DNA of 64,000 nt from Bdellovibrionota bacterium (lineage in GTDB: Bacteria > Bdellovibrionota_G > JALEGL01 > DATDPG01): the NCBI GenBank assembly GCA_963668355.1, contig OY764265.1:2816001-2880000 (forward strand). Reading direction: 5' to 3'. Below the pieces are notes generated by a model. That model was not told the DNA's origin and did no database searches. It was given only the letters and a program-made list of their open reading frames with translations. The number at the start of each line of letters is the position of its first letter. The first letter of the stretch is position 1. The translations under genes and the position numbers were made by a program. This document shows positions 50,601 through 60,731 of this stretch, one piece after another.

Positions 50601-51487
50601 AAAGTCACCTGATCATAAGCAAGATCTCCCTTTAACTTGGGAGTATTCCAACTTCCGGAAATATCTGACGATACGGAAATTTTTCCCGCCAGGTTGAGAG
50701 GTCGAGAAAGCATTTCAAGCTCTGCAAGCGCATTCTCCAAAGGATTGAGACTCGCCTGGGCACTTAGATGAAGCTTAGGGTTCGGGTACGCCTGACCTTG
50801 GAGTTGTACGTTGGCACCTGCGCCTTCAATTCCGAACTTTTCCAACCAAACACGATTTCCCTTTCGTATGGCAACGATGGCCACTTGATCCATACGAAAA
50901 GAACGCCCCTCATGAAAGAGGATTCCATCTCCCTCCCACGCCCACCGCTCTTCCTGACCTCTTCCCGTGTATTGGGCATTTCCAGATCCAATTTGAATTT
51001 GCAGCCCCTCCCCTGGAAGCTCCACGCGAAGACTCGCATCGCGAACCTCAAATCCGTGAATTTCAAATCGAACGAGGTCCTGCAACGAAGGAAGGGATGA
51101 ATCCAAATCATATGACTCATCCGTCGCGTATTTCCCTTGAACATTTGGAACAATGTGCAAATACGGTTCATTCACTTCCACATGTTCAATGACGATTTTT
51201 CCCAAGAAAATGGGCCCCGCCCCAGGTGAGACGGAAATTCTTTTCGCTCCGACAAACCTTAGAGGACCTTTTTCAATTTCCATTCTCAAGTTTTCGACGA
51301 CCACTCTGGGAGGAAAGAGGGAAAAAGAAAGGTCTCCGAGCGTGATGTCCGCGTTCAATTGTGCTTCCAGTTGGGGCACAACAATGCGTTGCGCCGTCCA
51401 ACGAAGTGCGGGACGCCACAAAACCGCCAGGGTGGCGGTGAGGCCCCCCAGAAAAATCAACGCAAAGATGACGGCATGACGCTTCAA
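47624..51487 (-). CDS. tamB: TamB/AsmA-like translocation module protein (DUF490-like C-terminus)
   Basis: N-terminal anchor, long beta-rich body, C-terminal ...YDLGVDVEFGFEF; immediately upstream of an Omp85 gene. Confidence 0.8.
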   Translation of the reverse strand: MKRHAVIFALIFLGGLTATLAVLWRPALRWTAQRIVVPQLEAQLNADITLGDLSFSLFPPRVVVENLRMEIEKGPLRFVGAKRISVSPGAGPIFLGKIVIEHVEVNEPYLHIVPNVQGKYATDESYDLDSSLPSLQDLVRFEIHGFEVRDASLRVELPGEGLQIQIGSGNAQYTGRGQEERWAWEGDGILFHEGRSFRMDQVAIVAIRKGNRVWLEKFGIEGAGANVQLQGQAYPNPKLHLSAQASLNPLENALAELEMLSRPLNLAGKISVSSDISGSWNTPKLKGDLAYDQVTLRKRSFGHGKFSFSARKDRLSQLKGKIFLPDATFDLNVSHLAPGRVGEFSLKAEKASYKTVRTVSHPSSTAALDGWVDVDMDGKLGILPFSMSANYRIRSDRLMLNVGKEMSPYLPFEFKKVDIKGKLGWSQSRNFFLDEGELNLAGGKGSFQFDFPAPGKAKGVWQAELENVGDVFPEEDPLSGLGRVSGGLDVNGDVFSARLNLSISPLRYGNRSPKRLEGEVEFYEKGTRLKQFRLFSEKGSLKLDGNLRDGAEGPIDLSLAWADFDLGWLADIGRRRYGFLRSIEGVSSGSLLLVGTAMHPEGRLSIQGNPVSWMTEDFRDLDLILNFSKEDWFVEKAQLDWEGGKVEAKGSVGPVVFRDFEAEIDSLPLSLLNVPTAVSSFVNRVSGKVLLKEALEDPLFKTELTVFDVNDEVVRRGDCEVKTQGPLSQLNWALIYKESEITAEGRVNLLDGSMLEGRGAFKQFSMTPFWQNVSSQISGDWKFLGNLQKRTSWKGEVGVHEMKISQGDWFVESTHPVKIEIKNGTLSLPSIQLEGPSTNLNANGQIDLQNRLAFSMKGSLALRVLSLLTSNVTRAEGKTEVSLDLAGTTNSPNFQGHLDVEGGMIQILDIPHAIENINLHATLNQKRVFVDAFEANLAEGKVRGKGSLQVSGLEESPNILMDFHLDRLFLRVPTWLPAELSGNLSLLGRLDRPTLQGDVLIHRATYREQWDWKSRILTLSSGRRIGRVFGSDEEKLRFNIRIRSEGDTVFVRNDIATATLRMDLRLTGSEVAYGLLGNIEVIDGEVLFLDNTFEITTGNVRFTSTENIATNVDVTARTRVLDTDIFLDIRSEGKNIQAFLSSQPVKDETNIVALLTLGVDSDELLQSGASDQSLSSSLLPTVLSGPIQSRLESGLKKAKIIDTFQFVPYFSESTKTTGLKMTVGKKVLPSLQLLYSTDLFEIGSENTVRVEQRLNRNFSMQGSLRDNRDEDENEYDLGVDVEFGFEF

Positions 51488-51601
51488 GGCATTCCTAAGG
51501 CTACGGGATTACGAGGTTTGTGCCAAGATTCACAGAAAAAAGAGCATCCCAATCTGAGACAAACTTGGTAAGCTTTCCCCACACGAATTCAAGGAGGATT
51601 C

Positions 51602-52192
51602 ATGGTAATTGCACTATCCATCATTTTAGGACTTGGCCTGCTGACCATCATTTTTGGCGTTGGCATTTATAACCGATTGGTGACCTTGAGAAACCGCTAT
51701 AAGAATGCCTTTTCTCAAATCGATGTTCAACTCAAGCGGCGCTACGATCTGATTCCAAACCTCGTTGAAACGGTCAAGGGATATATGGCTCATGAACGAG
51801 AAACCTTGGAAGCGGTGATTCAGGCCAGAAATCAAGCGGCAAGCGCGAGCAAGCAAGCTGCAGCCAACCCCAGCGATCCAAATGCCATGAAAGCCTTGAT
51901 GGGAGCAGAAACGGGCTTAACTGGAGTCCTGGGAAGACTGTTCGCACTTTCCGAGGCCTACCCCGACCTGAAAGCCAATCAGAATATGGCCCAGCTCTCG
52001 GAGGAACTGACTTCGACCGAGAACAAAATCGCCTTTGCGCGCCAGGCCTATAATGATGCGGCAACAACCTACAACACCGGACGCGAGAAATTTCCCGACA
52101 ATATTTTGGCCGGAATGTTTAACTTTTCTCCGGCTGTTTTGTGGGAAATTGAAGATCAGAGGGAAAAGGTCGCCCCCAAAGTTTCTTTTTAG
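51602..52192 (+). CDS. lemA: LemA family protein
   Basis: YNRLV.LRN...AFSQIDVQLKRRYDLIPNLVETVKGY, EAYPDLKAN. Confidence 0.96.
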   Translation: MVIALSIILGLGLLTIIFGVGIYNRLVTLRNRYKNAFSQIDVQLKRRYDLIPNLVETVKGYMAHERETLEAVIQARNQAASASKQAAANPSDPNAMKALMGAETGLTGVLGRLFALSEAYPDLKANQNMAQLSEELTSTENKIAFARQAYNDAATTYNTGREKFPDNILAGMFNFSPAVLWEIEDQREKVAPKVSF

Positions 52193-52219
52193 GAAATACA
52201 CGCATAAGAAAGGTGTCTC

Positions 52220-54169
52220 GTGAATTTTTTTGAGCACCAAGACGAGGCCAAACGAAAAACGAAATGGTTGGTTTTCAATTTTGTTTTGGCGGTCATTTCC
52301 ATCATTGGCGCAATCTATTTCTTGGCGATTTTCGCCAATGAGCTCCTCCAGGCACGAGGGGACCCCAACGGATATCACCCCACCGTTCCCAATCAATGGT
52401 GGCAACCCACCATCATGCTCTATTCGGCGACCTGCTCCCTGCTCCTTATTTTTGGGGGCTCTCTGTTCATGACCCGAAATCTTTCGAAAGGCGGGAGTGC
52501 TGTCGCTAAGATGCTCGGAGGAAAAAGACTTCATCCGGAAACAAAAGACCCCAAAGAAAGACGCCTTCGAAACGTGATTGAGGAGATGGCGATCGCTTCA
52601 GGGGTTCCTGTTCCTGAGATTTTCATTCTTCACGAAGAAAACTCCATCAATGCTTTTGCAGCCGGACACACTTCGAGCAATGCCGCCATCGGGGTCACTC
52701 GCGGAACCTTGGAGACGCTTAATCGGGATGAACTTCAGGGAGTCATCGCCCACGAGTTCAGTCATATTCTTCATGGAGATATGAAAATTAACATTCGCTT
52801 GATGGGAATTCTTCATGGAATTTTAATGATTGCCATTCTAGGAACCTTTTTGATTCGCAGTGCAGGTCTCGGAGGAGGCCGATTCGGATCTCGACAAAGA
52901 AAATCTTCTCAAGCCACTCTGGCGTTTATGGGAGCTGGAATGGCCTTGATCGCCATCGGATACATTGGCGTATTCTTCGGAAAGTTGATCAAAAGTGCCC
53001 TATCTCGACAAAGAGAGTTTTTAGCCGATGCTTCTGCGGTTCAATACACACGAAACCCTTCAGGAATTGCCAGTGCCTTAAAAAAAATCGGTGGGTTCTC
53101 CGAAGGATCGAAAATGGATTCCCCCAAGGCAGAAGAAGCGAGTCATTTTTTCTTTGAAAATGCTCTCTCCCCTGCTTGGTTGAACGCATTGGCGACGCAT
53201 CCTCCTTTGGAAGAACGAATCAAGCGGATCGATCCTTCTTTTTCGGGAACGATCCCTCCGTACGCGGCCCAATCGACCTCTCCCTCATCCACACCAACCG
53301 GTGCATCTGGATTTTCAAGCCAAGGACAAACACCCACCCTACCTACGCAAGAGCTGATTACAAGCATCGGCGCACCTTCCTCCAAGCACTTAAGCTATGC
53401 CGAGGTATTTTTAACTTCTCTCCCGGAAAAAATTGTTCAAATGAGCCGTTCCACTGATGGAGCCATGGCCCTGATGTATGCACTGCTTTTGGACACACAA
53501 ATGGATATTCAACAGCTCCAACTGGAATCCGTTGGTCAAGCCTTTGGTTCGGAGGTTTCACAAAAGGTAAAAGAACTTTCATCCATATTGGACTCTTTGG
53601 GCACCCAAGCCCGGTTGCCCATCATCGATCTTTCTCTTCCTTCCCTGAGAAAGATGTCCAAGGTTGAGTACGCTCAATTCATAAAGATGCTGGTGACTCT
53701 CATCAAAGCCGATCAAGCGTTCGACCTACACGAAATGGTGCTCATTAAGGTCATCCAACATCACCTATCCCCCACTTTCTCCAAATCCACGAAGAAAGAG
53801 AGCCGTTTCCGAACCTTTTCCTCTATACAAAAGGACGTTCATTTCCTCGTTTCCGCTTTCGCTTACGTTGGAAATTCAGAAAAAGAGCAAATCCTTCAAG
53901 CCTTCACAAAAGGCTGGGAAAAAGTCTCACCTCACCCCAAAACGATTCTCCCCTTCGAGGAAATGGACGTATCCAAACTCAACGAAACTTTGGACAAATT
54001 GGCCTTGGCGTCTCCTTCTCTGAAACAAGAAATCATACTTGCGTGTACCACCACAACAGAGTCCGATGGAAAGCTGACAGCCGATGAAGCAGAACTCTTG
54101 CGGGCTGTTGGAGATACGCTAAACTGCCCTATCCCGCCAATGGTTGCGGTTCTTGAAATGAGGACATGA
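52220..54169 (+). CDS. M48 (HtpX-like) zinc metalloprotease with a long C-terminal extension (TerB-like helices)
   Basis: INAFAAG, HEFSH, SRQREFLADA, THPPLEERI. Confidence 0.9.
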   Translation: MNFFEHQDEAKRKTKWLVFNFVLAVISIIGAIYFLAIFANELLQARGDPNGYHPTVPNQWWQPTIMLYSATCSLLLIFGGSLFMTRNLSKGGSAVAKMLGGKRLHPETKDPKERRLRNVIEEMAIASGVPVPEIFILHEENSINAFAAGHTSSNAAIGVTRGTLETLNRDELQGVIAHEFSHILHGDMKINIRLMGILHGILMIAILGTFLIRSAGLGGGRFGSRQRKSSQATLAFMGAGMALIAIGYIGVFFGKLIKSALSRQREFLADASAVQYTRNPSGIASALKKIGGFSEGSKMDSPKAEEASHFFFENALSPAWLNALATHPPLEERIKRIDPSFSGTIPPYAAQSTSPSSTPTGASGFSSQGQTPTLPTQELITSIGAPSSKHLSYAEVFLTSLPEKIVQMSRSTDGAMALMYALLLDTQMDIQQLQLESVGQAFGSEVSQKVKELSSILDSLGTQARLPIIDLSLPSLRKMSKVEYAQFIKMLVTLIKADQAFDLHEMVLIKVIQHHLSPTFSKSTKKESRFRTFSSIQKDVHFLVSAFAYVGNSEKEQILQAFTKGWEKVSPHPKTILPFEEMDVSKLNETLDKLALASPSLKQEIILACTTTTESDGKLTADEAELLRAVGDTLNCPIPPMVAVLEMRT

Positions 54170-55614
54170 TGAAATTAATGATGAATGGATGGCTGTGGGT
54201 AACGCTGATTTGCTTTCTTCCCGCTTCCCCGCCTTTGGCCTCAGAGATGTCCCCCCATCTCACGGAAGATGTGGTTGTAAATCGCGTTCTATCTCTCAGC
54301 AGGCTTGGAAAAATATCTCAACTCCATGCAGCCATCACAGAGACCCAAGCCATGCAAGCCAGATCCCCTTATGATTTTACGCTCAACATCAATGGGTCCC
54401 ATGAAATCGACTCCAGTGAAAAAGTGATCAGCGTCTTTGGCAATCGAAATGACACAACCATTCTTGCGGCCTCTCTTAGTCGAATCTTCCCCTCGGGTAC
54501 CCAAGCCGAAATTGGGTACACCACAAACCGTCAAAAAAGTGATTCCAATTTTGTCACAACCAACCCCGCCTTCGATTCCTCTTGGTTTGTTGGGCTGCGC
54601 CAACCCTTACTCAGAGATTCATTCGGTTCTGCCATGAGAGCCCAAATCGAGGCAGCTGAAGCCAATGCGAAAGCTGCAGAGTCTAGAGCCAATTCAGAGC
54701 TCCAAACCATTGTCAATCAGGCATTGAGCGCCTTCTGGTCTTGGATCACGTTCGACGAGGACAAAAGCATTGCTAAGTTGGGCGTAAAGAGAGCTCGAGA
54801 CTTCCTTTCTGTAACCCAAAAAAAATTCAAATTGGGAACGGCCGAAAAGGCGGATTTATTTGCAGCGCAAGCCAGCTTGGCAGCTCGGGAGCAAGATGTT
54901 CTCCAAAGTGAAGAACGAGCCGAAAATGCGCTTACCACGCTAAAAAATGTTCTGCTTTTGAGCCCTTCTCAACACATTGAAAGTGGGGAGACACTTAAAC
55001 AAACAACTCCTCCAGGGGATCTTGAACAACTCCTCCAAACAGCACTCACCAAACATCCAGATGTCCAAGCGGCCGAAAAAGATCTCTGGGTTGCGCAAAG
55101 AACATATGAAAGTTCGAAAAGCGGTGCACGCCCCCAATTGGATATTTTTACAAAGCTCACGATGAATAACGTGGATGACACGTGGGGGGGATCAGCCACC
55201 GGGGCTTTTGGCTCAGACGATCCGGATTGGGTCGTGGGAAGTGAGTTGATCATCCCATTTGAAAATCGGCAAAGAAAAGCTGAAAGGAAAATGGCTAAAC
55301 TCAGGCAAGAAATCATGGCATTGCAATTCAACCAGGTGAAAGACAATGTGGCGACGAATGTACGAATTGCCTGGAATTCATTAACCGCCGCTCAAGCCCA
55401 AACCAAAAAAGCCTTGAAGCTGGAACACCTCCAACGAAAGAAATTGGCAGAGGAAGAAAAAGATTTTCGACGAGGCCGAAGTGATGCCTTTACGATTCTC
55501 ACCTACCAACAAGATTTAATTGCAGCGGAAAGACAAAGATTGGCTGCTCAAGCCAAAGAACAAATCGCCCAAAACACACTGGCCTACGCCGTAGGCCATC
55601 TACTTCCGGAGTAG
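54166..55614 (+). CDS. TolC-family outer membrane efflux protein
   Basis: Signal peptide, two OEP helical repeats, LRQPLLR, P.LD, IPFEN. Confidence 0.88.
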   Translation: MMKLMMNGWLWVTLICFLPASPPLASEMSPHLTEDVVVNRVLSLSRLGKISQLHAAITETQAMQARSPYDFTLNINGSHEIDSSEKVISVFGNRNDTTILAASLSRIFPSGTQAEIGYTTNRQKSDSNFVTTNPAFDSSWFVGLRQPLLRDSFGSAMRAQIEAAEANAKAAESRANSELQTIVNQALSAFWSWITFDEDKSIAKLGVKRARDFLSVTQKKFKLGTAEKADLFAAQASLAAREQDVLQSEERAENALTTLKNVLLLSPSQHIESGETLKQTTPPGDLEQLLQTALTKHPDVQAAEKDLWVAQRTYESSKSGARPQLDIFTKLTMNNVDDTWGGSATGAFGSDDPDWVVGSELIIPFENRQRKAERKMAKLRQEIMALQFNQVKDNVATNVRIAWNSLTAAQAQTKKALKLEHLQRKKLAEEEKDFRRGRSDAFTILTYQQDLIAAERQRLAAQAKEQIAQNTLAYAVGHLLPE

Positions 55615-58600
55615 ATGGGGACCAAGATGAATATTGCTCGTTTCAGCGTCAAAAACTCTCTCATGGTTAACCTCCTTTCCATCTTTGTGATCGGAGCTGG
55701 AATCATGGCCCTCTTGGACATGCGCCGAGAGGCCTTCCCAACCTTCTCTTTCGATTTGGTCATGGTTCAAGCGACTTATCCGGGCTCAACCCCTGAAGAA
55801 ATGGAAAGGCTCGTTACACGAAAAATTGAGGATGAATTAAAAACCGTCAGCGACATTGAGAAAGTCCAATCCACTTCCGCAGAAGGATACTCCCAAATCA
55901 TCGTCGAAATCGATCCAGATGCTGAGAACAAGAGTCAAGTGGTTACAGACATTCAACAGGCCGTGGATCGAGTTCCAGACCTGCCTTCGGACATGCAAGA
56001 CAAGCCCATCACCACGGAAATTCGAACGCAAGACACTCCGGTCGTGGAGATCGCCATGTTCGGTCCCCTTTCTCGAAAAGAGCTTCAAGACCTAGCCGAA
56101 AAGCTCGAAGACGAAATTGAGACTTTGGATGATGTCGCAGAAGTGAACCGTGGTGGATGGAGAGAAAAGCAAATCTGGGTGGAACTCGACGTCAATGCCA
56201 TGAAAGAAAAAGAAATTTCCATTGATGAAGTTGTTCAGGCCGTCCGAACGAATGACATTAATGTTCCTGGGGGAACACTCGACACAGGAAAGACCGAGTT
56301 TCTCATACGAACCGCCAATGATTTCAAAACGCCAGAAGAATTTGACCAGATCGTCATCCGTGGCAATGAAACCGGGGAAATCATACGCCTAAAAGATGTT
56401 GGTGGCACCCGGTGGGCCTTTGAAGAAGCCACGACGCTATCCCGAACGGACGGATTCAATGCCGTTCGTTTGGTTGTAATCAAACGAGAAATGGGTGATG
56501 CCATCCGGCTGGTCGATCAACTGGACGGCATCCTTGCCAGTTTTAAATCCAGAAACAATCCCAATCTTCAAACCACGTACATCAATGACATGTCCTTTTA
56601 TGTCAAACGAAGACTGAATATCCTGCTCAACAATGGGTGGATTGGGTTAATCTTCGTTCTTTTATCGCTCTTTCTTCTTCTTAGCCGGCCCGTAGCGACC
56701 TGGACCATCCTTGGTATTCCTGTGGCGTTTGGCGTCGCCATTTGGATCATGAGCTTGTTCAATATTTCGATCAATCTGATCACCATGTTCGGACTCATCA
56801 TGGTTCTCGGAATTGTTGTGGATGACGCCATCGTTGTGGCAGAGAATGTCTATAGCTATATGGAAAAAGGCCTATCTCCTAGAGAAGCCGCCATCAGGGG
56901 CACGCAGGAGGTTGTGAAACCCATTACGGTCACGGTCCTCACAACCTGTGTAGCCTTTTTTCCCTTGGCCATCATGACCGGGATTTTCGGAAAATTCATT
57001 CGATGGGTTCCGATTGTCGTCATCATTACGCTCGTGGCAAGTCTGATTGAGTGCTTCCTCATTCTTCCCTCTCACCTAGCTGACTTCGGAAAAGCACGAA
57101 GGAATGGAAATTCGAAAGAAGAACGGCCTTCTCGATTCATCTTTTTCCAAAATTTGTACGAATCTCTTCTTCGCTTTCTTCTTAACCGCAGATGGTTCTA
57201 TACAGTTGGCATGCTTTTATTTTTCCTCGTTGGCATCATTGCAGGATTCAAATTGATCCCCATTCAAATGTTTCCTTCCCATGGAATTGAAATATTTTTC
57301 GTTCGTGCAGAAGCCAAACTCGGAACTTCCTTGGAGGAAACGGCGCGGCGATTCAAAGAAATCGAAAAAATCGTAGATCGTTTACCCGATGAGGAACTAA
57401 AAAATCACGTTTTGATTGCTGGGATCGTTCAGCAAGATGCCTATGACCAAGACACTCTTCGGGGAAGTCATGTGGGTCAATTGATTGTTTATTTGACCCC
57501 CGAAACTGATCGTGAACGAAAAACCCAAGCCATCATGGACCAGATTCGCAAAGACATAACGTCCGTGAAGGGGTTTGAACGGGTTTGGTTGGATGAAGTG
57601 AGACCCGGGCCTCCACAAGGAAAGCCGGTTGCCGTCAGAATTCGTGGAGATGAATACAAAACGCTCACGGAATTAGCGACTCAAATCGAGGAAAAAATCC
57701 AAACCATTCCCGGAACCAAAGACATTCGAAATGATTTCGAAAAAGGAAAAGATGAACTTCGTGTGGTTGTCGATGCTCCGCGTGCTTCAATGGCCAAACT
57801 CCTTCCTGCAGATGTCGCAAAAACGGTCAGATGGGCTTTTCAAGGAGAAGTCGCAAGCACGATCGAGGAGGGAAATGAAGACATTGATGTGATTGTTCGC
57901 CTCAAAGAAGAAGATCGAGGCAAACGAAAAACCTTTGAAAAATTATTCATCCAAAACCCCAGGGGATTCCATGTCCCCCTTTCCCAGGTGGCGCAAATCA
58001 AGCAAGCAGAGGGGATCACAGCCATCAAACACTATGAAAACGTGCGAACGGTAACGGTCACAGCGAATATTGACTCGGAAAAAACAACATCTGTGGAAGT
58101 CAACCAGGCCATTTTGCCCTTCTTACATGAACTTGAAACCCAATATCCGGGCTATATTTTGGAGGCCGGTGGAGAATACGAAGATACCAATGAGTCCTTG
58201 GACAATCTAAAGCAAGCCGGAATCCTGGCAGCCTTCATGATCTTCTTGATCTTAGCAAGCACGTTTAACTCTCTGGCACAACCCCTCATGATTATGCTGG
58301 CCATCCCTTTTGGCGTGTTTGCCGCCTTGATCGCATTACTTAGTCATGGAGAGCCTCTAAGCTTCTTGGCTTTTATGGGAATCATCGGTTTGGCCGGTGT
58401 CGTCATCAACGACTCCATCATTTTGATCGACTTCATCAATAAGGAACGTGTAAAGACCTCTAATCGAAGAGAATCCATTGTCACAGGGGCTGTAAAACGA
58501 TTGCGCCCCGTTCTTCTGACAAGCATTACGACCATTATGGGATTGGGTCCGGTGGCCTATGGAATCGGGGGAAAGGATCCCTTCTTGGTTCCCATGGCCC

Positions 58601-58800
58601 TCACCATCGCATGGGGAATTGCTTTAGGAACCATCATGACATTGACACTGATTCCATGTTGTTACGCGGTCTTGGATGACATGAAAGTTTGGTATTGTGG
58701 ATCTTGCTTTCGAAAATATCTGCCTAAAATCGTTCACGCTCATTGCGTCGAAGGAGAGCAAGCCCAACAAGATACGCGAGACTCATCCGAAAACGATTGA
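55615..58800 (+). CDS. RND efflux transporter permease (AcrB/AcrD/AcrF family)
   Basis: GIVVDDAIVVAEN, GVVINDSIILIDF, RLRPVLLTSITT; two large periplasmic loops. Confidence 0.94.
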   Translation: MGTKMNIARFSVKNSLMVNLLSIFVIGAGIMALLDMRREAFPTFSFDLVMVQATYPGSTPEEMERLVTRKIEDELKTVSDIEKVQSTSAEGYSQIIVEIDPDAENKSQVVTDIQQAVDRVPDLPSDMQDKPITTEIRTQDTPVVEIAMFGPLSRKELQDLAEKLEDEIETLDDVAEVNRGGWREKQIWVELDVNAMKEKEISIDEVVQAVRTNDINVPGGTLDTGKTEFLIRTANDFKTPEEFDQIVIRGNETGEIIRLKDVGGTRWAFEEATTLSRTDGFNAVRLVVIKREMGDAIRLVDQLDGILASFKSRNNPNLQTTYINDMSFYVKRRLNILLNNGWIGLIFVLLSLFLLLSRPVATWTILGIPVAFGVAIWIMSLFNISINLITMFGLIMVLGIVVDDAIVVAENVYSYMEKGLSPREAAIRGTQEVVKPITVTVLTTCVAFFPLAIMTGIFGKFIRWVPIVVIITLVASLIECFLILPSHLADFGKARRNGNSKEERPSRFIFFQNLYESLLRFLLNRRWFYTVGMLLFFLVGIIAGFKLIPIQMFPSHGIEIFFVRAEAKLGTSLEETARRFKEIEKIVDRLPDEELKNHVLIAGIVQQDAYDQDTLRGSHVGQLIVYLTPETDRERKTQAIMDQIRKDITSVKGFERVWLDEVRPGPPQGKPVAVRIRGDEYKTLTELATQIEEKIQTIPGTKDIRNDFEKGKDELRVVVDAPRASMAKLLPADVAKTVRWAFQGEVASTIEEGNEDIDVIVRLKEEDRGKRKTFEKLFIQNPRGFHVPLSQVAQIKQAEGITAIKHYENVRTVTVTANIDSEKTTSVEVNQAILPFLHELETQYPGYILEAGGEYEDTNESLDNLKQAGILAAFMIFLILASTFNSLAQPLMIMLAIPFGVFAALIALLSHGEPLSFLAFMGIIGLAGVVINDSIILIDFINKERVKTSNRRESIVTGAVKRLRPVLLTSITTIMGLGPVAYGIGGKDPFLVPMALTIAWGIALGTIMTLTLIPCCYAVLDDMKVWYCGSCFRKYLPKIVHAHCVEGEQAQQDTRDSSEND

Positions 58801-59762
58801 AGTTTTGGATCTTCTTCCCGACATTTAGAAATCCGCACGGGGCATCGAGAATAAAATGGGCATCCTCCTATGGAAGTCGGCTCATCCTCCACGCGTTCAA
58901 ACGTTTGCCCCCTCTGGAGTCGTGCTTTTTCGACCACGGGGTTCGGTACAGAAATTGAGGATAACAACAACTCCGTATAGGGGTGTTTGGGAGCTTTGCA
59001 GACTTCGTTCACACTGCCCTGTTCAACGATTTTTCCTCGATACATCACGGCAACATCATCACAGATTTGTGAAACGGCCGAAATATCATGGGAAATGAAA
59101 ACCATCGTCAATTTCAGTTCATTTTTCAAATCCATCAATAAATTCAGTATTTGAGCTTGAACGGAAACATCCAACGCGCTTACCGGCTCATCAGCGACAA
59201 TCACTTCTGGCGCAATAGCCAAGGCTCTCGCAATGCCCACTCTCTGACGTTGTCCTCCTGAAAATTCATGCGGGTATCTTCGCCTCGACCCAGGGTCCAA
59301 TCCTACTTTCTGCATCAACGACCTCACCCAGGCTTCCAGCTCCCTTTCTTTCATCAATCCAAAATTCACGACTGGCTCTGCAATGATTTCCTCAATGGTC
59401 ATCCGAGGGTTGAGACTGGAATAAGGATCTTGAAAAATCATTTGCATATTTCGTCGAAGATCTCGAAGTTCACGTGACCACGAAGGACGAGACATCAGGA
59501 TTTTGCCCTTCCACAGTCGCGTAAGCTCCTGATCTTTGAAAAACACTTTCCCCGAAGTTACAGGATAAAGGCCCAGCATCGCTCTTCCCAATGTTGATTT
59601 CCCGCATCCGCTCTCGCCAACCACTCCCAGAGTTTTTCCTTTTTCCACTTTAAGACTCACGTGATTCACAGCGCGAAAAGGTGTTTTGGAGTTCGCGCTT
59701 AGTCCGAAGGTACGGCGAATGCGATAGTCCACACAGACGTCCTGCGTCCGTAAGACATTCAT
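58740..59762 (-). CDS. oppF: Oligopeptide ABC transporter ATP-binding protein
   Basis: GESGCGKST, QMIFQDPYSSLNPR, FSGGQRQRVGIARAL, C-terminal Cys cluster. Confidence 0.92.
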   Translation of the reverse strand: MNVLRTQDVCVDYRIRRTFGLSANSKTPFRAVNHVSLKVEKGKTLGVVGESGCGKSTLGRAMLGLYPVTSGKVFFKDQELTRLWKGKILMSRPSWSRELRDLRRNMQMIFQDPYSSLNPRMTIEEIIAEPVVNFGLMKERELEAWVRSLMQKVGLDPGSRRRYPHEFSGGQRQRVGIARALAIAPEVIVADEPVSALDVSVQAQILNLLMDLKNELKLTMVFISHDISAVSQICDDVAVMYRGKIVEQGSVNEVCKAPKHPYTELLLSSISVPNPVVEKARLQRGQTFERVEDEPTSIGGCPFYSRCPVRISKCREEDPKLQSFSDESRVSCWACSPSTQ

Positions 59763-60727
59763 ATTTTCACCTCCCAACAATCGACCCTTCCGAAAGGATC
59801 AAAGAAACGCGTCGTGGGCACTTCCTCTTGACACTTTTTCGTGGCCAAAGAACAACGAGGATGAAAGGAACACCCCTGTGGCAAACAAGTCAGGGAAGGA
59901 GGGGTTCCAGCGATTGTTTCCAACGTTCCTCTTTCCTTCTCGTGAAGCTTGGGAATGCTTCTGAGCAAGGCCTTTGTGTAGGGATGGCGTGGGTTGGAAA
60001 AGAGTTCCTCGCAGGAGTTCATTTCAACCATTTTTCCTGCATACATCACCGCCACATCATCAGCCACTCCCGCCACGACGCCCAGATCATGCGAAACCAA
60101 GAGGATGCTCATATCGGTCTTTTGTTTCTGTTCTAACAACAATTGTAAAACCTGGGTCTGAGTCGTCACATCCAGAGCCGTTGTCGGCTCATCCGCAATG
60201 AGCAAGCGTGGTTTACAAAGCAACGCCATGGCCAGCATGATCCGTTGTCTCATGCCTCCCGACAATTCATGAGGGTATTGTGACAGGCGTTTCTTGGGTT
60301 CGTAAAAACCTACTTGCTCCAACATTCCAAGAACGCGTTCCAAGATGTCTTTTTTAGACCATGAACCATGGGCTTCCAAGACTTCAGAAAGTTGCCGGCC
60401 CACGGATAAAAACGGATTTAGAGAGGTCATGGGATCTTGAAAAACCATGGCTATTTTTTCACCCCGAATCTCTTCCCACTCATGGGGTTTTGCGTCCGAT
60501 ATGTTTCGACCCTCTAGCCAAATTTCCCCATCCCGTTCAACATTTTTGGATTCATTCAATAAGTTCATCAGGGCCAACGCGGTCACAGTTTTTCCAGATC
60601 CGCTCTCTCCGACAATTCCCAGAACCCTTCCTTTTTTGATTTCAAACGAAATTTGATCTACCGCCTTGAGAAGGCCATCATCCATTCGAAACCCGACGGT
60701 CAAATTCTTTACCGAAAGAAGTGTCAT
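59759..60727 (-). CDS. oppD: Oligopeptide ABC transporter ATP-binding protein
   Basis: [34 protein letters not shown]. Confidence 0.92.
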   Translation of the reverse strand: MTLLSVKNLTVGFRMDDGLLKAVDQISFEIKKGRVLGIVGESGSGKTVTALALMNLLNESKNVERDGEIWLEGRNISDAKPHEWEEIRGEKIAMVFQDPMTSLNPFLSVGRQLSEVLEAHGSWSKKDILERVLGMLEQVGFYEPKKRLSQYPHELSGGMRQRIMLAMALLCKPRLLIADEPTTALDVTTQTQVLQLLLEQKQKTDMSILLVSHDLGVVAGVADDVAVMYAGKMVEMNSCEELFSNPRHPYTKALLRSIPKLHEKERGTLETIAGTPPSLTCLPQGCSFHPRCSLATKKCQEEVPTTRFFDPFGRVDCWEVKI

Positions 60728-60731
60728 ATCC

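Noticed and set aside
51505..51526. TGGCAC sigma54-like motif upstream of tamB
   Set aside because: The -12 position reads GT rather than GC, and the sequence fits a sigma70-like TTGGCA-17-TAGCCT better.
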